DNA from: Bdellovibrionia bacterium
GTDB taxonomy: Bacteria > Bdellovibrionota > Bdellovibrionia > Bdellovibrionales > UBA1609
Reading direction: 5' to 3'
DNA: 64,000 bases
NCBI GenBank assembly: GCA_030432925.1
Contig: JAUILT010000002.1
Span: 956 to 64,955 of the forward strand
Each line of letters starts with the position of its first letter. Position 1 is the stretch's first letter. Below the pieces are notes generated by a model. It was not told the origin of the DNA. It searched no databases and saw nothing but the letters and a program-made list of their open reading frames with translations. Below are positions 20,358-28,939 of this stretch, piece after piece. The translations under genes and the position numbers were made by a program.

Positions 20358-20724
20358 GCGTTTTATATCCAACATTGTCATGGCACATGGGGATCTAAGT
20401 GAGTGCGGCATTGATTGAAAGTTGCCTGCCGGTACGGAGAGAGCCTAAGGCCCAAACAGAAGGATGAAGGCGCTATTAGCGACTTCCAACTAGACAATGG
20501 AAAAACTCATTCGAGAAAACACCAAGTGAATATCCACTTACGAGAGATCCTGCTAGCTTAAGAAAACCGGCGATGCAAACTGCTGAAAGCCGGGAAAACC
20601 CAAGAAATTGGGTTAATGGATAACTTTATTCAAAATCAGTTTGCTTTCATACAGAAGCACCTCCTGTGTTTGTTTGCCTGTTTATCCTTGGGTTCAATCT
20701 AACACTTTTTAAATATTTGAAAAT

Positions 20725-21285
20725 GTGGGGAAACTAGACGATTTACAAGGCACAAAGAGCATTAAGCAGCTCATCAGCAACCCCCATCACCGCAAATTCC
20801 TCAAAATTAATGATGAGGAAACAAAGGCCACACTTGATTTAAAAAAGATTAAAGAGGATGCAATATACGATGGGGTCTTTGTCCTCACGACGAATACCCG
20901 CTTAAGCTGTCTTCAGGTTGTTGAAAGATATAAAGACCTTTGGCAGATTGAAGCAGGATTTAGGCAATTGAAGTCGGAACTTCAATTGGGTCCGATTTAT
21001 CATTACAAGGACCGAAGAATCCGGGCCCATGTGATGATCTGCTTTATGGCGTTTTGTATTCGGGTGTCGCTTTACAAGAAGTTAAAGACTTATTTTAAAA
21101 AAGAAAAGTTTTCGATGACCAACCTCCTCAGGGACTTAAAGGCGCTTCATGCTATAGAGCTCAAAGTTGAAAATCAAAGTATAAAAATGAGAACGGAGCT
21201 TCGAGAGGGAGCTAATCATATTTTTCGGGCGATTGGAATGAGGCCGCCTAACCGAGTCCTTCACTCCGAGAGCTGGGTCCTGTAG
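20725..21285 (+). pseudogene. C-terminal fragment of an IS4/IS1634-family DDE transposase
   Basis: ERYKDLWQIEAGFRQLKSEL (Y-x2-R/W-x3-E-x6-K signature) and YHYKDRRIRAHVMICFMAF are typical of the IS4/IS1634 C-terminus. The frame is closed by a stop at 20710 and about 350 aa of N-terminus is absent. Confidence 0.7.
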
Positions 21286-21692
21286 TCAAACGCCTCTCCA
21301 ATTAAGAAACGAACCCCTTAAAAACCCTTCCTATAGCCAAATCTAGACTTTGCTCAAAATATAGGTGTCGAACTTGCGTCATCGCCGTTTACTGAAAAAG
21401 TGGTGAATATTCAAAATAACTTAAAGCAAGGGTTGGAGTTGTCCGGCACGGGTTTGGAATTAGGCGGCATGAAGCCAGAACGAAAGGAGCGCAGTGGATG
21501 GGAGAGATAGAAGAGAATTCGAAAACGGATCTTATGCTGGAGCTAGGACGCCTCGATGAGTCCGCAGAGGCGCTAGAGGAGGTGGCTGAGGGGTGTGATA
21601 AGGAGGCCGAGCAAATCGAGAGTATTTTGGTGTGGCTGGGTCGCATTCTAAAATAAGTTTTTCTCAAATAAAAACAGGTATTTAATTAATAT

Positions 21693-21716
21693 GATATAAT
21701 ATAATGGATATAATAT
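21693..21716 (+). promoter_or_regulatory. tandem GATATAATAT boxes (promoter-like) upstream of 21737
   Basis: GATATAATAT occurs at 21693-21702 and again at 21707-21716. Each copy contains a perfect TATAAT. Confidence 0.3.
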
Positions 21717-21736
21717 CACAAATGAGGTAAGATAGT

Positions 21737-22300
21737 ATGGTGATAGATCAAACAAACGTAAAAAAGATTTTTGAACAGCTCGATAAGGCTATGTCCGCAA
21801 AGGGCCGCAAGGAAGAACTCGTCATTTTTGGAAGTGCGGCTCTTATGTCCCAAAATATTAGGTTGGGGCCAAGGGCTACCCATGATGTTGATGTGGTAAA
21901 GCCAACATTTGATAATGAGATGTGGCTTATCAGTGCAGAGGCGGGAGAAAAATTTGGACTTCCTATGGGGTGGCTAAATACGGCTGGAAACATCTTTTCA
22001 AGAAATTTCCCTGAAGGCTGGGAAGGTCGAACTTTAGAGGTATTTAAAGGGAAATCTTTAACAGTTAAGTCATTGGGCAGGATTGATCTGATATGTACAA
22101 AGTTTAATGCTTACTGTGATCGCGCTCGTGATACAGATGAACAAGACATGCTTGGCCTTTCCCCTACTAAAGAGGAAATGGAAAAAGCTAAAAACTGGGT
22201 CATTGGCCAAAATAAAAGTTCAAAAGAGCTTGTCGAAGAGTCGGCAAATGAAATTTTAAACTTGCTGGAAAAGAAAAGGGATAGGGGTCGTGGCCGTTAG
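21737..22300 (+). CDS. minimal nucleotidyltransferase-fold protein (DUF6036-like)
   Basis: VIFGSAALMS....THDVDVV fits the G-S ... D-x-D polymerase-beta-type NTase motif. 187 aa. Confidence 0.5.
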   Translation: MVIDQTNVKKIFEQLDKAMSAKGRKEELVIFGSAALMSQNIRLGPRATHDVDVVKPTFDNEMWLISAEAGEKFGLPMGWLNTAGNIFSRNFPEGWEGRTLEVFKGKSLTVKSLGRIDLICTKFNAYCDRARDTDEQDMLGLSPTKEEMEKAKNWVIGQNKSSKELVEESANEILNLLEKKRDRGRGR

Positions 22301-22979
22301 AGAGTATGTTGATGTTATACCTGGGTTATGGTCAATGGGAGCTGACTATATGTATGAGGGTTCTGTTTCTTTAAATGACATTGATCCAGAGATGACTTTA
22401 CTTAGGACTCTTAAATGCTATTGGACAGCCAATGATGTATTTTTCATGCTGTATGCTCTTTTAAAGTTTCGTATTGGTCCTTTAATTCATGTGGAGAGAT
22501 TGGTTAAGCTTTCAAAAACGGGTTTTTTAAGTAATGACGAGAGAGTGTTGTTAATTGCTGTCAGTAAGAAACTTGTAGAAGATGGAGACCATCGTTTCAA
22601 GGCAGTTTACAAACATTTGTACAAAAAGGGAATGACGCTGGAAACGCTTCCCAGGCTTCATGGAAGAGCGAGTTTAGTTAAAGCTCATGGGGCTGAAGAG
22701 AGTTTATTAGAGTTTGGTGCAAGTGTAAGAAAATTTGAAGTTGATGACAGAAAGTTACATTCATTGAAGCGAATCATGGAGCGAAATAGTTGGCTTAAGT
22801 TAAGAGTCTTAATGGGAGTCAATTATCGAGCCGATGTGACTTATTTAAAGTGTGTTGGTCAAGCTAGCAAAGCCTCTCAGGTTGTACAAATCTTGGGGTG
22901 TGATTCATCTACAGCGAGTAAGAATCTTAAATACATTGATGAATTCGACAATTTAGAGGGCATACTAAATGTCAGCTAG
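22290..22979 (+). CDS. hypothetical protein
   Basis: 229-aa ORF overlapping the NTase-fold gene by 11 nt (GTG start). No recognisable domain. Confidence 0.4.
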   Translation: MAVREYVDVIPGLWSMGADYMYEGSVSLNDIDPEMTLLRTLKCYWTANDVFFMLYALLKFRIGPLIHVERLVKLSKTGFLSNDERVLLIAVSKKLVEDGDHRFKAVYKHLYKKGMTLETLPRLHGRASLVKAHGAEESLLEFGASVRKFEVDDRKLHSLKRIMERNSWLKLRVLMGVNYRADVTYLKCVGQASKASQVVQILGCDSSTASKNLKYIDEFDNLEGILNVS

Positions 22980-23009
22980 CCAACCTTGAAATAAAGGAAG
23001 GTTTTAATT

Positions 23010-23507
23010 ATGATTAGGAACGGTTCAGGAAGAGCCGAGATGGACAGCGAGAAGGATTCTGGGCTCTTTGAAAATAGAATAGAAGAATTAAAAAATAAAG
23101 ACAACTTTCATTTAAAAAATCATCTCGGCGAAAAAGATGATCTTGATTCAAAAGATCATTCACTTGAAGAGAATCCATTTTTATTTGGAAGACGTCTTGA
23201 AAGCTTATTTAGCTTTCAATTTAAAAATTCCCAACAATCAAGTTTGGGTATTTTTGAACGAATGTTTAATAGGGTCGAAAGACTTGTGATTATTTTATGT
23301 CATGAGATTTTTGATGAAGTTGAAGCTGCGATGTATTTGCGAATCCCTGAGCCAGAAACTCGCGGACGCGAAACCATTCGCAATTATGCTTTAAGATCAA
23401 AAAAAATCTCGTATCACAAGATTGGCAGAAACGGTCTGACTTTTTTGAAATCAGATCTCGACAAAGCTTTGGGTCGGTTTCAGATGCAAAGCTTTAGGGA
23501 TCTCTAA
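23010..23507 (+). CDS. hypothetical protein with C-terminal excisionase/MerR-like HTH
   Basis: C-terminal VEAAMYLRIPEP...ISYHKIGRNGLTFLKSDLDKAL resembles the Xis/AlpA-type helix-turn-helix. Lies directly upstream of the integrase. Confidence 0.45.
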   Translation: MIRNGSGRAEMDSEKDSGLFENRIEELKNKDNFHLKNHLGEKDDLDSKDHSLEENPFLFGRRLESLFSFQFKNSQQSSLGIFERMFNRVERLVIILCHEIFDEVEAAMYLRIPEPETRGRETIRNYALRSKKISYHKIGRNGLTFLKSDLDKALGRFQMQSFRDL

Positions 23508-23525
23508 TTTAAAGGAGACTGTTTT

Positions 23526-25034
23526 ATGCATAAAGTTGACGTACCTATTAATTTTAGACCAAATGTAACCTTTTTCTTTCGTAAAGATCGAAAGCGATGG
23601 ATTGTGGAGTATGATCTTCCTCACTCCAAAAAACCACGGATGCTCTTAACTTTGCCTTCAGGAACAACAGAGAGGCAGGTGAAGAGAGTTTCTAGCGAAA
23701 AATCTGCGGATCTCATTCAAGGAATGCTAACAGAGAAAGAATATAAAAAATATTCGTCTCTTAGTCAGGGAGTTTCAATTGCTAAAGGTTTAAAAGAGTA
23801 TTTGAGCCTGACTTCGGTCAATAAGAGTGAGCGAATCAGAAATGAAGATAGAACCCATGTGCCACGGTCTTTTTCTTATTTTATGAGCAAAGAGTCTTTT
23901 AAAGAGGCCAAAGAGCTTATTGAAGGTAAGGAAAAAGATTTAAACCCTCGCCGCTTTTGTTATCAGCACATGAAAGAAAAGGCGATGGAAGAAGGTCTTC
24001 GAGACATTGGTTTTTCTTTCACTCATTTTAGCCAGATTAAAGAAGAGCATATTTTGAACTATCGTGGTTATCTTCTGTCTGAAGTTGAAAAGAGAAAAAG
24101 TTTTGAAAAAGAGCTTCGTCCAAGGTTTCAAGTGGCCAATTCGGAAGAGAAAAAGCAACTTGAAAGAGAGAGAAAGTCTCATGGCATGGCTCCCACCACT
24201 GCAAAAGGAAATTTAAAAACTGTATTTAAAGTTTTTAAAGCCCTCAAAGAAAACAAGGTCATTAAAGAGGACCCTTGTGTGGAGGTGCCAAGCATCAAGC
24301 TCACTGAAAGAGATGCCGTAAGGTCCACGACAATCACTCAAGACCAGATCACTCAAATTATCAAAGCCGATTTTAAGCCTGACAAGCGCACAGACTTTCG
24401 CATGAAAGAATTTTTCTTATTTTTAAGGAAGACGGGAGCGAGAGAAGGTGAAGGTTTGCACTTAGAATGGGCAGATATAGTGAATGGAGTTTGGAAGATT
24501 CGGCACAAGCCGAATTGCCCAACCAAGTTTGGAATTGGGTGGAGTCCGAAATGGAACAAAGAAAGGGATGTTATTTTAAGTCCCTTGGCTCTGAGAATTT
24601 TAGAGTTGTTGCCAAGGTCAAAAAATGTTGGCTATGTGGCCAATGATCCCACTCCTTATCCTGCCCAGTTTATTTTTACTTCTAAGGATCGGCGCCGTGG
24701 AGCCCCAAAAGGGCAAAGATGCCGAATTGATAGAATTGAAAAAACATGGAAGAAGCTGCTAGAGGCGGCAGAACTTCCCTCATTGGGTTTTGACAAGTTG
24801 ATTCTGCATGATTTGAGAAGAACTAAGAATGTGGAAAATCAGCATGTCAAAGGCATGGGATTGGATGAGCTTTGCAAGCAATTGGGCCATAGTGCGAAGG
24901 TGAATCAATCGAATTACCGAGGCCAGGTGGACCCGAAGATTCTGGAAATTCGAGCTGAGATTAGCCGCCTTGAAGCTAAAATTCAGGAGTATTCCGGCGA
25001 GTCTGATCTTGTTTCGTTTCTTTCTTCAAATTGA
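23526..25034 (+). CDS. tyrosine-type site-specific integrase
   Basis: Catalytic boxes RKTGAREGE (box I Arg), HDLRRT (H-x-x-R), LGHS and SNYRG (nucleophile Tyr). 502 aa, adjacent to the att-like 10-mer at 25168. Confidence 0.85.
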   Translation: MHKVDVPINFRPNVTFFFRKDRKRWIVEYDLPHSKKPRMLLTLPSGTTERQVKRVSSEKSADLIQGMLTEKEYKKYSSLSQGVSIAKGLKEYLSLTSVNKSERIRNEDRTHVPRSFSYFMSKESFKEAKELIEGKEKDLNPRRFCYQHMKEKAMEEGLRDIGFSFTHFSQIKEEHILNYRGYLLSEVEKRKSFEKELRPRFQVANSEEKKQLERERKSHGMAPTTAKGNLKTVFKVFKALKENKVIKEDPCVEVPSIKLTERDAVRSTTITQDQITQIIKADFKPDKRTDFRMKEFFLFLRKTGAREGEGLHLEWADIVNGVWKIRHKPNCPTKFGIGWSPKWNKERDVILSPLALRILELLPRSKNVGYVANDPTPYPAQFIFTSKDRRRGAPKGQRCRIDRIEKTWKKLLEAAELPSLGFDKLILHDLRRTKNVENQHVKGMGLDELCKQLGHSAKVNQSNYRGQVDPKILEIRAEISRLEAKIQEYSGESDLVSFLSSN

Positions 25035-25167
25035 TAATGAAAAGCTATCTCTGATTATTGTGTATTGGGGATAGTTTTGATTAGAGTCACTGTCAGTTTA
25101 CTGTCACCTGACTTTTTTGAATTCCGATATTTTTTTGATTTGTAAGTAGTTGATTTCACCTAAGAAG

Positions 25168-25177
25168 TGGCACGCCC
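25168..25177. repeat. copy 2 of the tRNA-Arg 3'-end 10-mer TGGCACGCCC (att-like)
   Basis: Exact match to 20348-20357 and 34224-34233. Confidence 0.55.
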
Positions 25178-25315
25178 AAATTGACGATCTTAGAATTGCT
25201 ATGGTTGAACATATCGCGTAGATATAACGTATTAAAAATACTTAACTAATATAAATTACAAGACAAAACTTTTATAGTTCCGTTCTGAGTCCGATGTATT
25301 TCCGTTGTGGTCCCA

Positions 25316-26403
25316 TTAAGGCTCCGGTGAATTCCAATTAATATTTTGATAGCCGAGTTTCATCATTAAATTTTGATTCAGAGCTTCAAATCTATTTTTT
25401 GACTCTTCGGGGCCAAGATCTGGGTCAACAGGAATTGAAATTGATCCATTATTACAAGTTATTCCAAGGCTATTCATAAGCTCGCTATATTCTTTAATAT
25501 TCTCAACGAAGTTTTGTATTTTGACTTCAAGTTTTTTGAGGCTCTTAGTTGCTTTAGTTTGTGAGGTTTCAAAATAAAAGACTTCAAAATCTCTGATAAT
25601 AGGGTCAGCAAATAGTTTTATGACATTAATCAGTTTTTTAGTGATTTTATGCATTTCAGATAGAAAGTTTAGAACCTCTTCAAAATGGTCATTGTTGCTG
25701 TGGGGAGTGATAACAATGCCGCCTTTAAAATCTGTGTAGATAGAATGTTCACGCTTTTTTTGTAGTGTTGTTCCGCTGAGTTTTCCAGCGCTAACTAACT
25801 CAAAGACTTCTTTAATCTTTTTAAACTTCTCTTTGTTGGATTCATTGACAGCATTTTTCTCCATAGAGCGAATAAAATTAATGAAGTCATCAAGTTTTAA
25901 ATCGTGCTTATTTGCGCGAGTTGAGACATTTTTAATGGACTTATCATCATCCAATATTGTTATCACAAAGTAATAAAAACACTTGGTGAGTTCCTCTAAG
26001 CCAATAATAAAAGAATTAAAGGCTGCCGGAGAAAAGTTATTTTCTTTAAGAAGTAAGGCCGCCGAAAAATGTTGGTTGGAAGTATATAAGGAAGAGATAG
26101 AGGCAACAAAGGCTCGAACTGGTTTTTTAATGACGATTTCCCCTTTATTTAAAATGTAAATTCGTTGTCTTTGTCGTCAACGAGAATATCCATATCAATA
26201 TACTTTTTTTCAACGATTGCATAAGGTGTAATATCGACAACTGCGCTAGAAGCAGTTCCCGTTGCTCCAGACACTGACATCATAATTTGAGCAGCTTCAC
26301 CCATGTTGTTTAATGAATCAATTTTGTCTTTAAGGCTCATTTCATCGCTGCATATACAATTAAGGCAGATCGCTCCTCCCACAATCAAACAAGTGCATTT
26401 CAT
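25316..26403 (-). pseudogene. hypothetical gene split by a frameshift in an A4/T4 run (ORFs 26149..26403 and 25316..25966)
   Basis: The frame of the 216-aa ORF stays open and protein-like for about 70 codons upstream of its GTG, up to 26176, with no ATG/GTG/TTG. It overlaps the end of the 84-aa ORF. One extra T in the TTTT run (+ strand AAAA, 26151-26154) would fuse the two into roughly 360 aa. Confidence 0.5.
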
Positions 26404-26548
26404 TTAAGTCCTTCCTTACTATTTTAGCCACACAAGGGCGTTTCAGGGCAATCATAGCAGTTTTAGGAGTCATTGAACATGAGTATCTTATTTAATAAAA
26501 AACTGATAAATATTTAGAATTACGAAGAAAAGAAACAGAAATCTCAAG

Positions 26549-26791
26549 CTAACGCCGATACTTCCTCATATATAAGGTGTGAGATTTCTTTCTACAGCTC
26601 GGACAGCTCCGACCATTCCATAGTTTACCATTTTCATTTCTATAGTACTTACGTTTTTTATTCGGGGACAGGCCGACTTGAATCCGGATTTTTGGTTTAT
26701 TACACTTGCTACAAGTTGTAAGATTGTTTAATTTCATAGAACTATCTTTCGTGTTCTCTCGATAAAGGCTTGTTATTACCAGATATTTCAC
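26549..26791 (-). CDS. small basic zinc-ribbon protein
   Basis: CSKC...CPSC pairs and a Lys/Arg-rich sequence. GTG at 26791 with GGAG upstream; alternative ATG at 26737. Confidence 0.4.
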   Translation of the reverse strand: MKYLVITSLYRENTKDSSMKLNNLTTCSKCNKPKIRIQVGLSPNKKRKYYRNENGKLWNGRSCPSCRKKSHTLYMRKYRR

Positions 26792-26823
26792 TAGCTCCGT
26801 TTGAACAGCACGCCGTTCTTTGG

Positions 26824-26852
26824 ACTATTTCTATTTCATTAATATTTGTTAA
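26824..26852. repeat. repeat block A (ACTATTTCTAT-T-TCATTAATATTTGTTAA)
   Basis: The 11-mer and the 17-mer are each found again at 30975-30985 and 31047-31063. Confidence 0.6.
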
Positions 26853-26967
26853 GTAGATAATTGAGTGGCTTTGTGAGGTAGATCAGAAACGGGCTGGGAC
26901 AATCGGAGAGCCAGTGATGCTATTGGCGGTAGCTGGGTAAAGCCTACCCCGGCACCCTCCTCAGTGA

Positions 26968-27171
26968 CTATTTTTTCTTATTATATTTTTGCATTTCAGA
27001 CCATGCTTCATCAATCAATCGTTCAATAAGGTCAGCTTGAGAGATATTTTTCTTCTGAGTTTTCTTTACGAACTTTATTAGCTCGCTAATTCTGTTGTAA
27101 CAAGTCTCAGTTGTCCTAATAGTCAGCATTTTATTTCTGGTTTCATCTCGATCAAATTTTAACCATTTCAT
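26968..27171 (-). CDS. ribbon-helix-helix (CopG/Arc-like) DNA-binding protein
   Basis: KMLTIRTTETCYNRISELIK...SQADLIERLIDEAW fits a beta-strand/helix/helix RHH pattern. 67 aa. Confidence 0.5.
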   Translation of the reverse strand: MKWLKFDRDETRNKMLTIRTTETCYNRISELIKFVKKTQKKNISQADLIERLIDEAWSEMQKYNKKK

Positions 27172-27196
27172 GCTCTCATTGTATCATTTTCTGTAT

Positions 27197-27216
27197 GTAA
27201 TGCAAATTTGCTTTAC
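27197..27216. promoter_or_regulatory. near-perfect 20-bp palindrome (operator-like)
   Basis: GTAATGCAAATTTGCTTTAC is self-complementary at 18/20 positions. It lies between the divergent RHH gene and ORF 27288. ATGCAA recurs at 27232 and at 30586. Confidence 0.45.
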
Positions 27217-27287
27217 AAAATGTATAACGCTATGCAATACTGGTTTTAGAGCTTAGGAATGAGCCTAAGCGAAGCATAGGAGAGGCC

Positions 27288-27602
27288 ATGCAAGTATATA
27301 AAGTGAATAGAGATGCCGTTTTAGCCAATGAGCTATTGGAATTGATTGAGGCTCGAAAAGTCATAGAAAGGCGTGAAAAAGAGCTAAAGCAATATTTCAA
27401 AACTAAATTAGATAATATTGGGCATGATACGGCGTCTCTTGGAGGGGTATTAATAAGTCTCGTTACAAAAGAGAGACGTGACTTGGACAAAAAAAGTCTG
27501 AAAGCTCATTTTGGAGACTTAATAAAATCCTTTGAAAAGACAACTCGTTATTTACAAGTCGATGTAAAACCAATTTCTCCAAAAATTGGAAAGATTGCAT
27601 AA
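27288..27602 (+). CDS. hypothetical protein
   Basis: 104-aa ORF with GGAGAGG upstream of the ATG. No recognisable domain. Confidence 0.4.
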   Translation: MQVYKVNRDAVLANELLELIEARKVIERREKELKQYFKTKLDNIGHDTASLGGVLISLVTKERRDLDKKSLKAHFGDLIKSFEKTTRYLQVDVKPISPKIGKIA

Positions 27603-27650
27603 TCTCACAAAATTAGGTGCAGGGACGCACAAAATAATAAATTTCGCATA

Positions 27651-28432
27651 ATGGAGCAGAGTGCGCAGAAAATGGAGTCAATAATGCCAAGATCGGATTC
27701 AAATAATATATTAAATCTGGACAATTTCGTTCCCCAGAAAGTAAAACCGCAAAAATCTTTGCAAAATTTAATTTCGTACCTAGTACGCGAAGTTAATAAA
27801 CAAAAACTCGATTATGACCAGCTTAAATACGTTTTTAAGGCCGTCAGGTCTAAATGTAACATCGAAAAGTGCCAGCAAAGCCTAAACGGCTCTTAGAGCT
27901 GCCCACAGCGGCTGAAATCGCCTGTTTCTATGGCGTCATTGATAATCCTATTCATAAACTTATATTTGAAACACTAGAGAATACAGGGCTAAGGGTTGCA
28001 GAGCTTTGTACCCTTGAGGTTAAGAGAATCGACTTCAATAATAATACAATTTTTGTCCATAAAGGAAAAGGTGGAAAAGATCGTGTGGCAATCTTTGGAA
28101 ATGTATTAAAGCAGAAACTTTTAATTTATTTGGAAGGTCGCAAAAATCGCTATTTATTCGAGTCTAACAGGCATACTTACTTTAGCACTCGACGGATTGA
28201 GCAAATTTGTAAAGTCTATAAAGCAAAAGTTGGTATTCAAAAAAGTTTATCTCCCCATACATTTCGACATATTTGGAACACTAGGCTGGCCAATTGCGGT
28301 GTTAGTCGTGAGCACAGAGAGATCCTTGCTGGACATGAAAAAGGCAGTAAGACTCAAGACATTTACACACATTTAGGAATCGGGGGAGTGAAAAATAAAG
28401 TCATTGAAATACTAGATAAAGGGGACAAGTAA
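27651..28432 (+). pseudogene. XerC/D-like tyrosine recombinase in two frames (-1 shift near 27867)
   Basis: ORF2 has the catalytic domain (TGLRVAEL, HTFRH, AGHEKGS..DIYTH). ORF1 ends ..SKCNIEK and ORF2 resumes VPAKPKRLLELPTAAEI, the usual linker to the catalytic domain. The frames overlap at GAAAAG. Confidence 0.65.
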
Positions 28433-28518
28433 TGGAAATATTTTTTTCAATTGGGCAAATAATTTGCATTGTGTTTGGAATTTATTTTTTCTCTTATCTC
28501 ATTTTTGGAATTAGGTGA
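28432..28518 (+). CDS. 28-aa hydrophobic peptide (speculative)
   Basis: ATG overlaps the recombinase stop (TAATG). Product is MEIFFSIGQIICIVFGIYFFSYLIFGIR, one predicted TM helix. Below the ORF-track cutoff. Confidence 0.2.
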   Translation: MEIFFSIGQIICIVFGIYFFSYLIFGIR

Positions 28519-28618
28519 GGGTCTGACGGCAAAATGTATTCCGACTACTCGTTATATTCTTCAATAAAAATCGTATTTATTGCGATTGTTCGTAATTTGA
28601 TGGAGGCCAGACCTAGGT

Positions 28619-28930
28619 ATGACGATTAAATCTCTGATGAACTTAAAAAACCAACTTAAGACATACATCAAAGAACGCAACCTGACGGCAACAGAGCTTT
28701 GCAGAAGGGCCAAGGTGCCTCGTTCAACATTAACAGAATGGCTTTCAGGAAGATCGCCTAAAGATATGAGAAAACTCAAGAGAGTTGCAGATGTGTTGGA
28801 GATATCAATTGACTGGCTTTGCTATGGAAATGGACTTGAACCTAAAGCCACCATTGAAGATTTTGAAAATTTACTCAACTTAGGAACATATGAATTAGTT
28901 TTAAGAAAAATAAATAGAAACAAAAAATAA
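28619..28930 (+). CDS. XRE-family helix-turn-helix regulator
   Basis: LKTYIKERNLTATELCRRAKVPRSTLTEWLSGR is a canonical Cro/CI-type HTH. Confidence 0.7.
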   Translation: MTIKSLMNLKNQLKTYIKERNLTATELCRRAKVPRSTLTEWLSGRSPKDMRKLKRVADVLEISIDWLCYGNGLEPKATIEDFENLLNLGTYELVLRKINRNKK

Positions 28931-28939
28931 GGAGGACGT

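Larger units (their letters stand above)
20358..25167. mobile_element. integrative element (remnant) with tyrosine integrase and Xis-like gene
   Basis: Bounded by two copies of the 10-mer. The integrase sits at the tRNA-proximal end. The interior holds an IS fragment and hypothetical genes. Confidence 0.45.

Noticed and set aside
20403-21285. A complete group II intron starting at GTGCG (20403).
   Set aside because: There is no domain V-like hairpin and no reverse-transcriptase ORF. The following ORF is a DDE transposase fragment. At most this is a truncated domain I, and it is kept only as one possibility in a finding.
21389-21667. The 92-aa ORF (- strand) and a 52-aa + strand ORF (21498..21656) in a GC-rich patch after the IS fragment.
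   Set aside because: The - strand product is Ser/Pro/Ala low-complexity with no RBS. The + strand frame has no recognisable family. This is probably debris of foreign DNA rather than genes.
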